64,000 bases of DNA from Leucoraja erinacea. Taxonomy: Eukaryota. The DNA lies in assembly GCF_028641065.1 (NCBI RefSeq), contig NC_073384.1, positions 63,860,001-63,924,000 of the forward strand, read 5' to 3'. The first letter of the stretch is position 1. Each line of letters starts with the position of its first letter. The notes beneath the pieces were generated by a model that saw nothing but the letters and a program-made list of their open reading frames with translations, was not told where the DNA came from and ran no database searches. Below are positions 26,111-40,074 of the stretch, piece after piece. A program made the position numbers and the translations under genes.

Positions 26111-26260
26111 CTGAAACCAAAATATATTAGGTAAATCCAGCTGAGAAATGCAACCAAGAAAGATATATTAAGTTACAATCATATATATATATTTCTATTA
26201 TATATATAATATAATAGAAACTGTATCTAGCAATATTCAAATACAAGATATAAAACATAC

Positions 26261-26425
26261 CTATTGTGTTTTCCTCAAGAACTGGTGGTAATTTGGCAAT
26301 CAGCTCATCCTTAAGGTCATCAATGAGCTGATAGATAACATTATACAATTTGATTTTTATTCCTTTCTTGGTGGCCATTTGTTGTATCACTTTGTTAGCA
26401 TTAACATTAAAGCCATATACCAAAC
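26261..26425 (-). CDS. MTIF2: MTIF2 coding exon 11
   Basis: GLVYGFNVNANKVIQQMATKKGIKIKLYNVIYQLIDDLK...EENTI. Confidence 0.95.
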
Positions 26426-26804
26426 CTACAAATTCAATAACAGAATGGCATTAATTTTCTCGCCAAACTATGCATGGTTAATTATACAATCTTTTGAACC
26501 GTAGCTTCCACTCTATCTTTATTAATAGTCCTTGAACATATCTTATCCATTTCTCCCTTCTCTCAACACCTCTCCTCCAGGACAGAACAAGGAACAAACG
26601 TGGAATGTTTTCTCTGGAGCAAAGCTCGAGAGGAGACTTGATCAGTGTTTCCACTTTGAAGGAAATTACCCGATATTCAGGAAATTCTGGTTGTCTTCGG
26701 GTAATTTTAGAGAAATGAAATAATTTCGGGAAATTTCTGCATCCGGCCCGCGGGATGATTTTGGGGGAAAAAAATATTTATGACCATAGTTGGGGGAGGC
26801 CAGT

Positions 26805-29560
26805 GACATAGACACATAGAAAATAATTGCACGAGTAGGCCATTCGGCTCTTCGAGCCTGCACCGCCATTCAATATGATCATGGCTGATCATCCAACTCA
26901 GTATCCTGTACCTGCCTTCTCTCCATACCCCCTGATCTCTTTAGCCACAAGGGCCACATCTAACTCCCTCTTAAATATAGCCAATGAACTGGCCTCAACT
27001 ACCTCCTGTGGCAGAGAGTTCCACAGATTCACCACTCTCTGTGTGAAAAATGTTTTTCTCATCTCGGTCCTAAAAGACTTTTCCCTTATCTTTAAACTGT
27101 GACCCCTTGTTCTGGACTTCCACAACGTCGGGAACAATCTTCCTGCATCTAGCCTGTCCAATCCCTGAAGAATTTTGTAAGCTTCTATAAGATCCCCCCT
27201 CAATCATCTAAATTCTAGCGAGTACAAGCCGAGTCTATCCAGTCTTTCTTCATACGAAAGTCCTGCCATCCCAGGAATCAGTCTGGTGAACCTTCTCTGT
27301 ACTCCCTCTATGGCAAGAATGTTTTTCCTCAGATTAGGAGACCAAAACTGTACACAATACCCCAGGTGTGGTCTCACCTGCAGTAGAATCTCCCTGCTCC
27401 TATACTCAAATCCTTTTGCTATGAATGCTAACATACCATTCGCTTTCTTCACTGCCTGCTGCACCTGCATGCCTACTTTCAATGACTGGTGTACCATGAC
27501 CCCCAGGTCTCGTTGCATCTCCCCTTTTCCTAATCGGCCACCATTCAGATAATAGTTTACTTTCCTGTTCTTGCCACCAAAGTGCATAACCTCACATTTA
27601 TCCACATTATACTACATCTGCCATGCATTTTCCCACTCACCCAGCCTATCCAAGTCACCTTGCAGCCTCCTAGCATCCTCCTCACAGCTAACACTGCCCC
27701 CAGCTTCGTGTCATCTGCAAACTTGGAGATGTTGCATTCAATTCCCTCGTCCAAATCATTAATATATATTGTAAATAGCTGGGGTCCCAGCACTGAGGTT
27801 TGCGGTACCCCACTAGTCACTGTCTGCCATTCTGAAAAGGACCCGTTTACTCCTATTCTTTGCTTCCTGTCTGCCAGCCAGTTCTCTATCCACATCAATA
27901 CTGAACCCCCAATACCATATGCTTTAAGTTTGCATACGAATCTCTTATGTGGGACCTTGTCGAAAGCCTTCTGAAAGTCCAGATATAACACATCCACTGG
28001 ATCTCCCTTATCCACTCTATTAATTACATCCTCGAAAAATTCTATAAGATTCGTCAGACATGATTTACCTTTCGTAAATCCATGCTGAATTTGTCCAATG
28101 ATTTCACCACTTTCCAAATGTGCTGCTATCCCATGTTTAATACTAGCAGTTTCCCCACTACCGATGTTAGACTAACTGGTCTGTAATTCCCGGTTTTCTC
28201 TCTTCCTCCCTTTTTAAAAAGTGGGGTTACATTAGCAAACTTCCAATCCTCAGGAACTGCTCCAGAATCTAATGAGTTTTGAAAAATTATCACTAATGCT
28301 TCCACTATTTCTGGGGCTACTTCCTTAAGTACTCTGGGATGCAGCCTATCTGGCCCTGGGGATTTATTGGCCTTTAATCCATTCAATTTACCTAACACCA
28401 CTTCCCGGCTAACCTGGATTTCACTCAGTTCCTCCATCTCATTTGACCCCCGGTCCCCTGCTACTTCCGGAAGATTATTTATGTCTTCCTTAGTGAAGAC
28501 AGAACCAAAGTAGTTATTCAATTGGTCTGCCATGTCCTTGTTCCCCATGATCAATTCACCTGTTTCTGACTGCAAGGGACCTACATTTGTTTTAACTAAT
28601 CTTTTTCTCTTCACATATCTATAAAAACTTTTGCAGTCAGTTTTTATGTTCCCTGCCAGTTTTCTTTCATAATCTATTTTCCCTTTCCTAAGTAAGCCCG
28701 TTGTCCTCCTCTGCTGAACTCTGAATTTCTCCCAGTCCTCTAGTAGGCTGCTTTTTCTGGCTAATTTGGATGCTTCATCTTTTGTTTTGATACTATCCCT
28801 GATTTGCCTTGTTATCCACGGATGCACTACCTTCCCTGATTTATTCTTTTGCCAAACTGGGATGAACAATTGTTGTAGTTAATCCATGCAATCTTTAAAT
28901 GCCTTCCATTGCATATCCACCGTCAAACCTTTAAGAATCAATTGCCAGTCTATTTGGCCAATTCACGTCTCATACCCTCAAAGATACCCTTCTTTAAGTT
29001 CTGAACTCTTGATTAGTTCTCCAGATAACTAATCAATGTAATGTTTTTTCTTTTTTTAATTTGGTAAGTGAACCACACGGTCTTATTCCAATTTTTTTAT
29101 TTACTTACTTCTTTTTTTTTCTCCCATATCTACTTATTTTTAATTTTGATTGCTGTTTTTCTTACTTTGTATTATTTATGGTGATGGTGTTGCACTGTTT
29201 TGTATACATCTCTTAAAAATCAATTAAATTGTAAGTGAAAAAAAAAAAGTTCAGAACCCTTGTTTCTGAATTAACAATGTCACTCTCCATCCTAATGAAG
29301 AACTCAACCATATTATGGTCACTCTTGCCCAAGGGGGCACGCACAACAAGACTGCTGACTAACCCTTTCTCATTACTCAATACCCAGTCTAGAATAGTCT
29401 GCTCCCTCATTGGTTCCTCTACATGTTGGTTTAGAAAACTATCCCGCATACATTCCAAGAAATCCTCTTCCTCCGCACCCCTGCCAATTTGATTCACCCA
29501 ATCTATATGTAGATTGAAGTCACCCATTATAACTGTTTTACCTGTGTTGCACGCATTTCT
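26805..29560 (-). mobile_element. CR1/HER1-like LINE, ~2.7 kb (endonuclease end, RT, 3'UTR)
   Basis: MGDFNLHIDW...SDHN, KSPGPD...[30 protein letters not shown]. Contains an A-tailed insert at 29012-29246 with a 16-bp degenerate TSD (28996-29011, 29247-29262). Confidence 0.92.
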
Positions 29561-30521
29561 ACGGTAACGTTTCGACGCAGCACCTCCTGTAAATCAACAG
29601 ATCATTCCTCTTCATTTCAACCACGTTCAAACAGGTTCCACTCTCCTCCCCTTTCATCATTTTGCAGGGATCATTCCCTTGCAAGTTCCTGGTCCACATT
29701 TCTCATCAAGCACCTACTTCTTATGGCACTATCTTTAGCAACTCAAGGCGATGCAACAGTCCTTTCAACTCTTCCTTTCTCACCATCCAGGGTGAAACAG
29801 TCTTTCCGGATGAAGCATCAATCCATTAACAGCTTGTCAATCTAGTGTACTGCATTTAGTGAACATGACTGAATTTTTTTTTGTTTATAGATTTGCATTA
29901 CCTTATGTGAACGTCAATGTGCCTGGACCATTTTTCTTGTAAAGAATGTGATTATGATCTATTCCGTGTTAAATTAAAACATTATGAGAATTCAACCTGC
30001 ACTTCCCACCAATTACGTGTTTTTGAGTCACCTAGTAACGAATTATATCTCTACAACAACACCGTTTAATTGAGGCCTTCCCGAGCAGGTTTCAATCCAG
30101 TACAGAGAACCCAACTTTGATGGCTTCTGTTTAATCGCTTACCAGAACTTCTTCAGTTTGTCCCTTGAACAAACCCACCTACACCAAGATACAAACACTT
30201 CAAGACTTGATGCACGACCACCTGACCCCACAAGCCCTCATCCTCAATTGGTCCAGACCTGAATCTATAAGGCCTCCCTTAATTGTTTAACCTATATTTC
30301 TTCTATCTTATTAAATCCAGTCCTGCTTCACACCAGTGTGGCATGCAAAAAGTATGAGAAACCTATTCAATTCCATCAAGCATCTTGGAATAAGGAGTTA
30401 CTAATTTTATGGATTCAATGGATGAGGCAAAACTGGTTCAGATACTGGTACTTTGAAATAACCCAATGAAAGATTAAAAATCAAATACATTAATTCATTA
30501 AGATTAAAATGAAAATCTTAC

Positions 30522-30662
30522 CTGAAAATGTCTCGGCTGAGACTATATCATTTTCACTAATATCTCCAACACCAAAATGGATTACTTGCAGGTTACACTG
30601 CTCATTAACATCATAACTATCCAAGATGTTTAGAATGGCTTCTACTGAGCCATCAACGTCAC
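30522..30662 (-). CDS. MTIF2: MTIF2 coding exon 10
   Basis: [18 protein letters not shown]...[19 protein letters not shown]. Confidence 0.95.
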
Positions 30663-31494
30663 CTACAGGAAACAAAATATTTTAAATCACTGTTTCAGTC
30701 TACATTACCAAATTGGCATGTATTCAACATCCAGAACAAGCGTGAGGATAATCAACTTAACAGATAGGTTAGATACTAGCTTCATCTGATCCCAAGTGAA
30801 ATGATAATTTGAAACAGCTCAGCAGAAAAGCCTGCAATTTAATATTTGAGTCCACTACCAGGAAAGCTGAAAACATTAGACAAAATACCAGCGAAGCATA
30901 CTATTGCTATTGTTTTTTTTTTTTGTGGGATATGGATGTCACTCTATCTGTCCATAAATGAAAGAGTACTAGTGAGCTGCCCTTTTTGAACTTGTGCAGC
31001 CTATCTCTGGCTCAGCCAGAAAAGCTGAAGATCGGAAAGAACCAGATACATTCTCTAGTGCCAATTTGTTGAGTTCCACTGAAATCACAATAGGGATGCA
31101 TTAAAGAGATAAGGATAAGAAGCAATACATTGGGCATTCTCCCAGGCAATAGAAATTGGGATGTTTGTCAGACACAGTTGATCAAAAAACAACAGCACCA
31201 GAACTGTCCACCAATATTGAGAATTATTCAAATAAAATAGACATTCAGCTAGGTTATTAGGTGACAATCAAGGGAGGTCTTCAATGAAATAGCTAGAAAA
31301 TTATCCAAAACGATTTTAAAATAAACAGCGGTCTCTGAATCTTATATTTAAACTGAAATGTTATAAATGTACAGAATACTAACCACTTTCTTACAAAACC
31401 AAAATTGTTGACACCACACAAGAACTGCAATAGAGGTTGAAGTACAAGATATGCAGGACATTTCAGGATAATAATGTGACATATTTCCATTTAC

Positions 31495-31747
31495 CTTTGA
31501 TTATTATTGGAAGTGTAAAGTTGTCCATTTCTCTCTTTTCTTTCGGCCTATTTGCCATTAGATGTTTATTTGCCCTGTACATTGCAGATTTTCTCTGTCT
31601 CCAGTTCAAGCTAATATAGCTCTCCCGTTCTTTCTTGTATGCCTCAAGGTGTTCCTTCTGTTTGGTTTCAATCACCTCAAAGTCTTGCTTGATTTTTTCT
31701 TGCGCTTCAACATAGCTTCTCCAATCTAGAACTTCTCTGGCTCTTTG
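31495..31747 (-). CDS. MTIF2: MTIF2 coding exon 9 (contains IF2mt-specific insert)
   Basis: QRAREVLDWRSYVEAQEK...EHLEAYKKERESYISLNWRQRKSAMYRANKH...LPIIIK. Confidence 0.95.
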
Positions 31748-32176
31748 CTGTGAAGCCAACCCAGGCAAATAGAACAGATCAAACTTATTAAGTCGTCATA
31801 ATAAGTGACATAAAATATTAACAACTACTCTGAAGAGTCATAGTATTATGAGGGTCCACATATTGGAAGATCCTCATTGTTCTGATTCTAATTTTGACTT
31901 GCTGGTCACAAACAACTTTTGAAATGCTAATATATGTAAATAAGAGCTGAAATAGGCCATTGGGCTCCATCTAATCTTCTAGCTTTATAGCATTTTCATG
32001 CACTATCCCCATATCCATTAACTCCCGTGAACATCTATCAATCTGTTTTGAATGAACATAATAACTCAAGCTTCCATAACTATCCGTAGTAGAGAATTAC
32101 ACTAATTGTGAAGAAAGTTCTCATCTCAGTCCTAAATGCTAATCCCTTATTCTCAAGCTGTACCCATGGTCCTAGA

Positions 32177-33081
32177 AGTGTTGTACTTCCGGTGGCGCTG
32201 GTGCCAGCAGCCTCCACCTACAGCCCGGTACCTTTTTGTTTTTTTGTTTATTTAGTTATGTAAAAGTGTGTTTTTGTGTGTTTTTTTGGTGTTTTTATGT
32301 GGGGGAAGAGGGCACGGTGCGGGGGATACCGTCCTTCAGCCGCTTCCTGGTGAGGACGCGATTATTATTCGAGTCGCGTCCTCGCCCCCCCCCCCCCCTC
32401 CCCCCACAGCGGCCTACCTACCTGGATTGGCGCGGCCTTCCTGCCGGGATCGACCGGAGCTCCAGCAGCGGCGGGACAGCGCTGAAACATCGCGGGGCTG
32501 GCGATGCCTTACCGGGGGTCGCCGTCTGGAGCCCGGAGTGCTGGACCTGCTGCACCGACATCCTGGAGCTGCGGTTTGCGGAGCTCCCAACGCGGGCGGC
32601 GCTGATGGACAGCGCGGGGTCCTGCGACTCTGCCCGGCTCAGCCTGCAGACTCAGGAGCTGCAGACTCCGGCAGCGGGAGGCGGCTGATCAGGAGGTCCG
32701 GGCCGCTGAGGAGGAGGATGCTCACCGTCGGAGTTCGGCGTCGGCGTTCCACCAGCCCGGCGTGAGGGCCTGAACATCGGGCCACCCGGGGCGGCGACTG
32801 AGGGTGCTCGGAAGGCCCCGACCACGGATGAACACGGAGGGGAGGCTGGCTGGACTATGGTGCCATCCTCACCTTGGTGCCATTTATGTTATGTTGTGTC
32901 GTGGACTTTCTGTGTTTGTGCTTTTTTAAAAATTCAATTTCAATTTTATTTTTAATATGTTTTATTATTTATTTATTTATTAAAAAAAATTTGGTGATTT
33001 TTTTTATGATACTGCCTGTAAGGGAAATTCATTTCGTTGTCTCAAATTGAGACAATGACAATAAATTTGAATACAATACAA
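32177..33081 (+). mobile_element. GC-rich non-autonomous retroelement with LINE-like tail, inserted in a CR1 remnant
   Basis: Starts ...ttccggtggcgctg, CpG-rich body, tail cgttgtctcaaattgagacaatgacaataaa(tacaa)n; CR1(-) remnants on both sides. Confidence 0.55.
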
Positions 33082-33237
33082 GACTGCTCCCTGCATCTAG
33101 CCTGTCAAGCTTGCAAAGAATTTTGTAACTTTTGATGAGAGTTCCTCTCTTTCTTTTGACATATCATAAACCTGCCATAATTGCACCCAGTCTAGTGACT
33201 CTTTGATTAACCCATTCAAAGGAATTTTAAAGATTAG

Positions 33238-33532
33238 TATAGTTTAGAGATACAGCGCAGAAACAGGCCCTTAGGCCCATCGAGTCCGCACCGACCAGGG
33301 ATCACCGTACACTAGCACTATCCCACGCATTTGTGACAATTTACAATTTTTACTGAAGCCAAGTTAACCTACAAACCTGTACCTCTTTGGACTGTGTGGG
33401 AGGAAACTTGAGCACCTGGGGAAAACCCAGATGGTTACGGGGAGAACATATGAACTCCGTACAGACAGCACCCTTAGTCAGGATCGCACCTGGATCTCTA
33501 GCACTGTAAGGCAGCAACTCTACTGCTATGCC
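33238..33532 (-). mobile_element. tRNA-derived SINE (HE1-like)
   Basis: Reverse complement of the SINE copies at 35514 and 40075. Confidence 0.75.
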
Positions 33533-33747
33533 ATCTAATTTTGTGACGATATTCATAATCATTTGATTAATTGCACACAAGCTCTCACATTTTGGCATTC
33601 TCATTCGTCAACATTCTTGTAAAAAGTGAGGGCTCATGTGGTTGATGCACATTGAACCAAAGAGCTGAGGAAGATCCATGCTTTCAATGTAACCATGGGT
33701 GCATTTTGGTAACCATAACCAAGAAATAAAACATTCAAATTTCTTAC

Positions 33748-33952
33748 CTCCGATTCCACTTCAAGTATTTCATCTCCTGCAGATGGAAGTTCTTTCCAAC
33801 CCACTATCTCAACTGGAGTACTCGGTCCAGCAGCATTCATTGTCTTGTTATTTTCATCAAACATTAATCGGACCTTAGCCCAGCTCTTTCCTGCAACCAG
33901 GACACAACCTTTCCTCAATGTCCCACGCTGGATAATAGCTGTGGTAACTGGT
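33748..33952 (-). CDS. MTIF2: MTIF2 coding exon 8
   Basis: [34 protein letters not shown]...[14 protein letters not shown]. Confidence 0.96.
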
Positions 33953-34571
33953 CTATTAAACAAATAAATAATTAGTCCAGTTCAATTGAATTTCAATTTA
34001 GAGTCTTCCAGATGCCCTAAAATGCTCTGTAGCAAATTAAACATTTTTTGATGTATAGTTACCATTGTAATCCAAGAACCTTGGAAGATAATTTGCATAT
34101 CTCAACATTTCATGCATAATAATATAATAGCCATACAATCTGCTTGCAGTTCCATTTAGTGAGGAATAAATGTTAGTTGTAAAACCAGCAAGAAATCCAC
34201 TCTTTCTTCAAAATAATGAGGTGGATACTTTTACATGGACTGGGTCTCGGTCTAATGCCTCGTGTAAAACAATATTCTTCCAATAATGTAGCATTCCCTC
34301 AAGCGTACGTGCAAATATTTGCACTTAAGTGATATTCATAATTCGAATCGAACATTTTAACATTGATAACCTGGTCTAAGTTTAGCTACCAGCAATATTT
34401 TCTCCTTGCCAGTATTATTTTGCCAATTATCCTTTCACGTTCTCATCTAAAGATGTTAAGTTGAAGATGTATTTCCATGATGCCAGTTATCCTTCAATCC
34501 TTTGCTCAAATAGTCATAACATGGCAACCTGAGGACTGCCACGAAAAAGACAGTTTAGTTCTTCTCTCATT

Positions 34572-34830
34572 CTTTTTCTCACAGAGAGTGGTGATTCTGT
34601 GTAATTCTCTGCCTCATAGGGCAGTGGAGGCAGGTTCTCTGGATGCTTTCAAGAGAGAGCTAGATAGGGCTCTTAAAAATAGCGGAGTCAGGGGATATGG
34701 GGAGAAGGCAGGAACGGGGTACTGATTGGGGATCAGCCATGATCACATTGATCACATGATCACATTGAATGGCAGTGCTGGCTCGAAGGGCCAAATGGTC
34801 TCCTCCTGCACCTATTGTCTACTGTCTATT
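34572..34830 (+). mobile_element. CR1-like LINE 3' end
   Basis: FFSQRVVILCNSLP...GYGEKAGTGY and the conserved 3'UTR. Confidence 0.8.
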
Positions 34831-35215
34831 CCTCATAACATAAATCCATATTAAACAAGGATTATGATCAAAGTAAGAGGCCTTGTCTAATTTTGATATT
34901 CTCTAACCGAGAGGTGCCAGTGACAATTAAAAACTTCAGTGAGTTTGGATTTTCAAGATTGTGATCTAAACCAGCGTTTTTTATTATACAAAACACATTT
35001 TGCTCCAATTTTCAAACAATGCTGCAAGATATCCTATAGCAGTCGCACTTGTGCATTCCATCTGATTGTGCATCAAATCTAAGCAGGTTTAATTTGCTCT
35101 GTTCTACAATTGACAGTTACTATTACCAACACTTATTTCTGATCTGGAAGTCCCAGGTAGATGTTTAAATATTCCAATGCCTACCAAACACACAAATTAA
35201 GCTATGTTAATTAAA

Positions 35216-35414
35216 CATATAGGAAGGAACTGTAGATGCTGGTTTAAACCGAAGATAGACACAAAAAGCTGGAGTAACTCAACATCTCTGGAGAGAAGGA
35301 ATGGGTAACGTTTCGGGTCGAGACCCTTCTTCAGACCCGAAACATCACCCATTTCTTCTCTCCAGAGATGCTGCCTGTCCCACTGAATTACTCCAGCTTT
35401 TTGTGTCTATCTTG
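35216..35414. mobile_element. Penelope-derived palindromic insertion with hammerhead-like core
   Basis: Inverted arms, 10-bp TSD gttaattaaa (35206-35215, 35415-35424), core CTGAAGA-agggtctcgaccc-GAAAC on the minus strand (35307-35334). Confidence 0.7.
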
Positions 35415-35513
35415 GTTAATTAAATTACCAGCCACAGCTTAGATGTATTTATCACTTTTAAACTCTTCTCCATTGGCGAGATATCTAAAATTACACGGCA
35501 TTGGTTCAGCATA

Positions 35514-35770
35514 AGGGCACAGTGGCAGAGCTGCTGCCTTACAGTGTCGGAGACCTGGGTTCGATTCTGATTGCAGGTGCTGGTCTGTAGGGAGTTTGTA
35601 CGTTCTCCCTGTGTCCACATGGGTTTTCTCCGGGTTCTCTGGTTTCCTCCCGCATTCCAAAGACGTGCAGGTTTGTCGGTTAAATAACCTATAAATTGTC
35701 CCTAGTGCTAGTGATCGCTGGTCGGTACGGACTCGGTGGGCTGAAGGGCCTATTTCCACGCTATATATCA
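35514..35770 (+). mobile_element. tRNA-derived SINE (HE1-like)
   Basis: gggcacagtggcagagctgctgccttacag...gggttcgattc (A/B boxes) and CR1-like tail gggctgaagggcct. Confidence 0.75.
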
Positions 35771-35998
35771 AAAATTCAGGGTCGGAGATTTAGAGGGGAT
35801 TTTTGTCAAATATTTCTTTCACTCAGTAGGTGATTGGAGTGGTTAACTTTAATAATGTCTATAGTTCAAAGGCTCTATCTTTCATGTACTAAATGTATTA
35901 CAATGTATCAATACTATATTGCAGCCAACATTTCTGAATCTCCTTAAAATTCCATTCCTACATATGAAATTCAAAATTTCAATAGTAATAATACTTAC

Positions 35999-36123
35999 CC
36001 TTTCCCTTTATCATTCCGACATTCAATTATGATAGCCTCAACAGGTCCTGTGCAATCTGCCTTCAACTCCAGCACTTCAGACAGAGCAACAGTAGCCTCT
36101 GCTAAAGCCATCAAATTGTCTCC
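35999..36123 (-). CDS. MTIF2: MTIF2 coding exon 7
   Basis: [41 protein letters not shown]. Confidence 0.95.
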
Positions 36124-36327
36124 CTAAAAATAATTCAGTATATTAAAATAACATTCAGCCTTGTTATATTTCCAAACCATAGATAAGTCTAGAAAACCCA
36201 ACTCTACCCTTCAAAGGGAGACAGGCAATCATCAGGAGTAACCACAAGGGCAGGGCAAACACTTTTTAATGACAATCACTCCCCACTCGCAATAGTCACT
36301 AAGCTTGCAAAGGTAATGCATATTTAG

Positions 36328-36612
36328 GACAGGCACAGTGGCACAGCAGTGGAGCTGCTGCCTCACAGCGGCAGAGATTCGGGTTCAATCCCGACTATGG
36401 GTTCTCCTTGTGCCTGTGTTTTTCCTTCCGTGTGTTTTCCGATTTCCTCCCACATTCCAATGACATGCAGGTTTATAGGTTAATTGCCTTCTGTAAATTG
36501 CCCCAAGAGCATACGATGGGAAAGTGGGATAACATAGAACTAGCATACAGGTGAGTATTGGTCAGCATGGACTCGGTGGGCCAAACAGCCTGTTTCCATC
36601 TGTATCTCTAAA
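36328..36612 (+). mobile_element. tRNA-derived SINE (HE1-like)
   Basis: Same family as the copies at 35514 and 40075. Confidence 0.72.
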
Positions 36613-37026
36613 CATGTATATAAAGTTCATGTTGAATTTACTCAATCATCAGTCAAAATTATCAGTCGCATATAAATAATTTTCTTCTAAAATTGGGAAT
36701 ATGTAACCCGTGGCTACTAAACATTGAACTAAATATGGCTTAACTTAAAAGTGGTAACATGGTAGTTAAAAAAAAAAGAGGCTGGAATGAGATGTTTATT
36801 CAGTTTTTGGGAATTGCTGCTGAGCCTGTAATGCTGGTAAGAGGATAAATTGTATTCAACCAGGAGCTTTAAAGGCAGATTCAATGGAGAGTGCACTGAA
36901 TTTATCAGACACTTTGTTTATTTTAACTGTTTAACACCAGTAAATGGAATGAATGTATTCAAAAAGTAGGCATGGTAAAGTTATAACATGCAGCCAGAGA
37001 AATTGAAATATGCTGTTAAAAGTTAC

Positions 37027-37166
37027 CTTAATGGCTGATATATTTATAGATTGAACATCACCACCATATTCCTCACAAATCACATCATAGGCTAACAATT
37101 CCTTCTTTACATTTTCAGGATCTGCCTCTGGTTTGTCACACTTATTTATTGCCAGTATTATTGGAA
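37027..37166 (-). CDS. MTIF2: MTIF2 coding exon 6 (G4 NKCD)
   Basis: [47 protein letters not shown]. Confidence 0.96.
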
Positions 37167-38875
37167 CTGGAATGAAAACAATTAACGTAGAATATGAATT
37201 AACAGCACAGTAAGATATTCTGTACTGAACACACAGTAACAGGACATGAACAAAATGTTCTCATCAGCAATTTTTGAACAATTTCCATGGTCTATTCCTT
37301 ATAAAAGTTGACTAAAAATAGAACCATTTAAAAAATACTAGTCAACTGCAGAAAATTGCCTCAATCAGGAAAATGATTGAAAATAGATAGTCACTATTAG
37401 TTTGCAGAAAATTGATTAATACAACAGATTTTAGTTGAACACACACACACACACCGGACTGTATACCACGCTTTAAAAAAGGATGAAGTCAATGTTATGG
37501 TTGTGGTGTCGGGGGTCATGGGGAAAGAAAAGACTTTCGGTAATAATAAAATCATAAATGTACAAATATACTATACTCATTATTACTTTTCTTTTTCATT
37601 CAGTTACATTAAAAATATCATAGGACGCAACTTGTATAGAAAGGAACTACAGATGCTGGTACATACTGAAGATAGACACAAAGTGCTGGAGTAACTCAGC
37701 AAGTTAGGCATCTCTGGAGAAAAAGGATGGGTGACGTTTTGGATCGGGACCCTTCTTCAGACATAACTTTCAGGACATAATTTTCTTTATCAACAAGTTC
37801 CCGTTTATTATATTTAAAACACCACTCTGGATCTGTTTGTGCTCTTTCCATGCTCCCAAAGACCACCCCGCAATGATGCAAATGCTGCAGGAATATTTGT
37901 ATTACAATTGCCAGATCCAGAAAAAGGGTAATCAGCTATTTATCATCCCAAACTCTGCATGATGATTTATCTTATTACTTCCCCGTTTCCAAGCCATTCC
38001 ATCATAATTCCATCAGTGTTTCAGTAGCACTCGGGTGCTGTCCCCAAAGGGGCAGTCCTGTTTCTCAATCATGGAAAGGAGGTAAAAGATGGCTTTACAG
38101 GTTTGGGAGACAATGAGTCTAGAGGCTGCAGAGTTAACACTTCCAGAGTTGAGGTCTGGAAATTAATGGTTTGCTAAATAGTGCTGGGTTGATGATCCAG
38201 GAGGTGAGAGGAGAAAAAGGACCAACACTTAAATTATGCCTCTTATGTCCCTTTCACGATGATTCCAAATGCTTACAGCCAACAAAGTACTCTTGAAGCA
38301 TTATTGTATTGCAAGGCAAAAATATAGCTGCCAATTTGCATATAATAATGAGATTATGGCCAGACACCCCCATTTGCTTTGCTGAGCGAGATATAAATAC
38401 TGGCCAGGACACCAGGGATAACCCTCTCTCATTGCTCCCCCTCTGTGAATCCGAAAAAGGATCACAACCCAAGACGTCACTTATCCATGTCCTCCAGAGA
38501 TGCTGCCTGATCTGCTGTTACTCCAGCACTTCATGTTCTTCACACGATTGCAGCAACTACAGTTCCTTGTGTCACTGGGGATAACATCCTTGCTCTGCAC
38601 AAAAGTGCCGTGAGATATTTTTTTAATCCACCTGGAATTCTTCAGTTTCATTTTTTGTCTGAATCTATGTTTAACAGTACAACAATGACTCAGTACTTGA
38701 TTCTTCTGACCACTGAATGGACACGAAAGAACCCCAGTTGTAAATGGAATAGCTTAAAAGAAATGCCAACTCAATTAGACATTGGTGTCAGTGATTTACA
38801 AATGACAAATGAAAAATAGCCAAGTCACTGAAACATACAAATCTTACATAAATAATTATAACTTTTTAAATGTAC

Positions 38876-39052
38876 CATTAGATTTTTTAGCATGTTGAAT
38901 TGATTCTACAGTTTGTTTCATGACTCCATCATCTGCAGCAACAACCAAGATCACAACGTCTGTCACATTAGCACCACGGGCTCTCATGGCTGAAAAGGCA
39001 GCATGACCAGGGGTATCCAAGAAGGTTATCTTTTCACCAGATGATAAATGAA
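38876..39052 (-). CDS. MTIF2: MTIF2 coding exon 5 (G3 DTPG)
   Basis: [55 protein letters not shown]. Confidence 0.97.
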
Positions 39053-40074
39053 CTGTGTAAACAAGCAAAATGTTTTAATCACCACAGCCGAAAAAGCATA
39101 AATTTGATCAATGCAGTAAAATCAAAAGGTAACAGAACTGAAAAGATGTTTATTATGAGAAACTCCCATAAACATTCACATTATGTGTAAAATAAGTCCA
39201 ACATCTTCCATTCCTATGATATAAACATTTTGACATGCTTTATTATTTGATTCCTTCTAGAGGTACAACAATGAATAAGAAATGTGATTATATTTGATTA
39301 AAATCATCAGTCTGGCCAAACATTCTACAGAGCATTTTGAAGTGATATTCCTTTTTTTTTTACAGGTTAAAGCAAATTTTTACATAATGTATGATTTATT
39401 AAAAAAAAGACCATGGTTTTGAAACTGACTCTAGCTGGAGGCTCAAATTGTAGAAAATAAATGAAATTCATCAGCACTTTTTTGGTCAAAAGAATTTTAC
39501 TTTTTATGATTCAAACTTACTGGACCACATAGAATGTATTTGTACCCACAGGAACAATGTCAAACAAAAGAAGGGGATATTAGGGCAAATTATGTAGCTT
39601 TTAATGAACTAAATCCAATAAGTTAAAAGACGGGAAGGAATTCCAGTGACCAAAACCTCTCTGTAACTGGGGAACTGGGAGAAAACTGTAACTGGGAGAA
39701 AACTGAGATCAGAGATACAATCTCAGAGGTTGAGTAAGGGAGAAGTATGGTCATGGGACAATTTGAAATTAAGATTGTAAATGTTAATACTGAGCGTTTG
39801 GCAAGAGCATATTTACAAGTAACCGATCATTCTAAATGCAGAAGTGCAGGAGTCATGACAATTTATCCGCTGATAAAGTTCACAAGCTCTGCATGGAGAT
39901 AAATGAACGCAATGGAAATATGGAGGGGATGCAGTGGGAAATAAATCATCACCCAATGGGTCCCCTGACTAAGAATGTCAGCAAGAGAATGGGAACATTG
40001 AGTTTGCTGGTCATAAGAAAATAATAACCAAAACCTTGATGGGCTGCTTGGATCCCAGGAGAGGCTTACCCAAG

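Noticed and set aside
32236-32765. 150- and 165-aa ORFs
   Set aside because: Inside a GC-rich repeat, antisense within an MTIF2 intron, no motifs.
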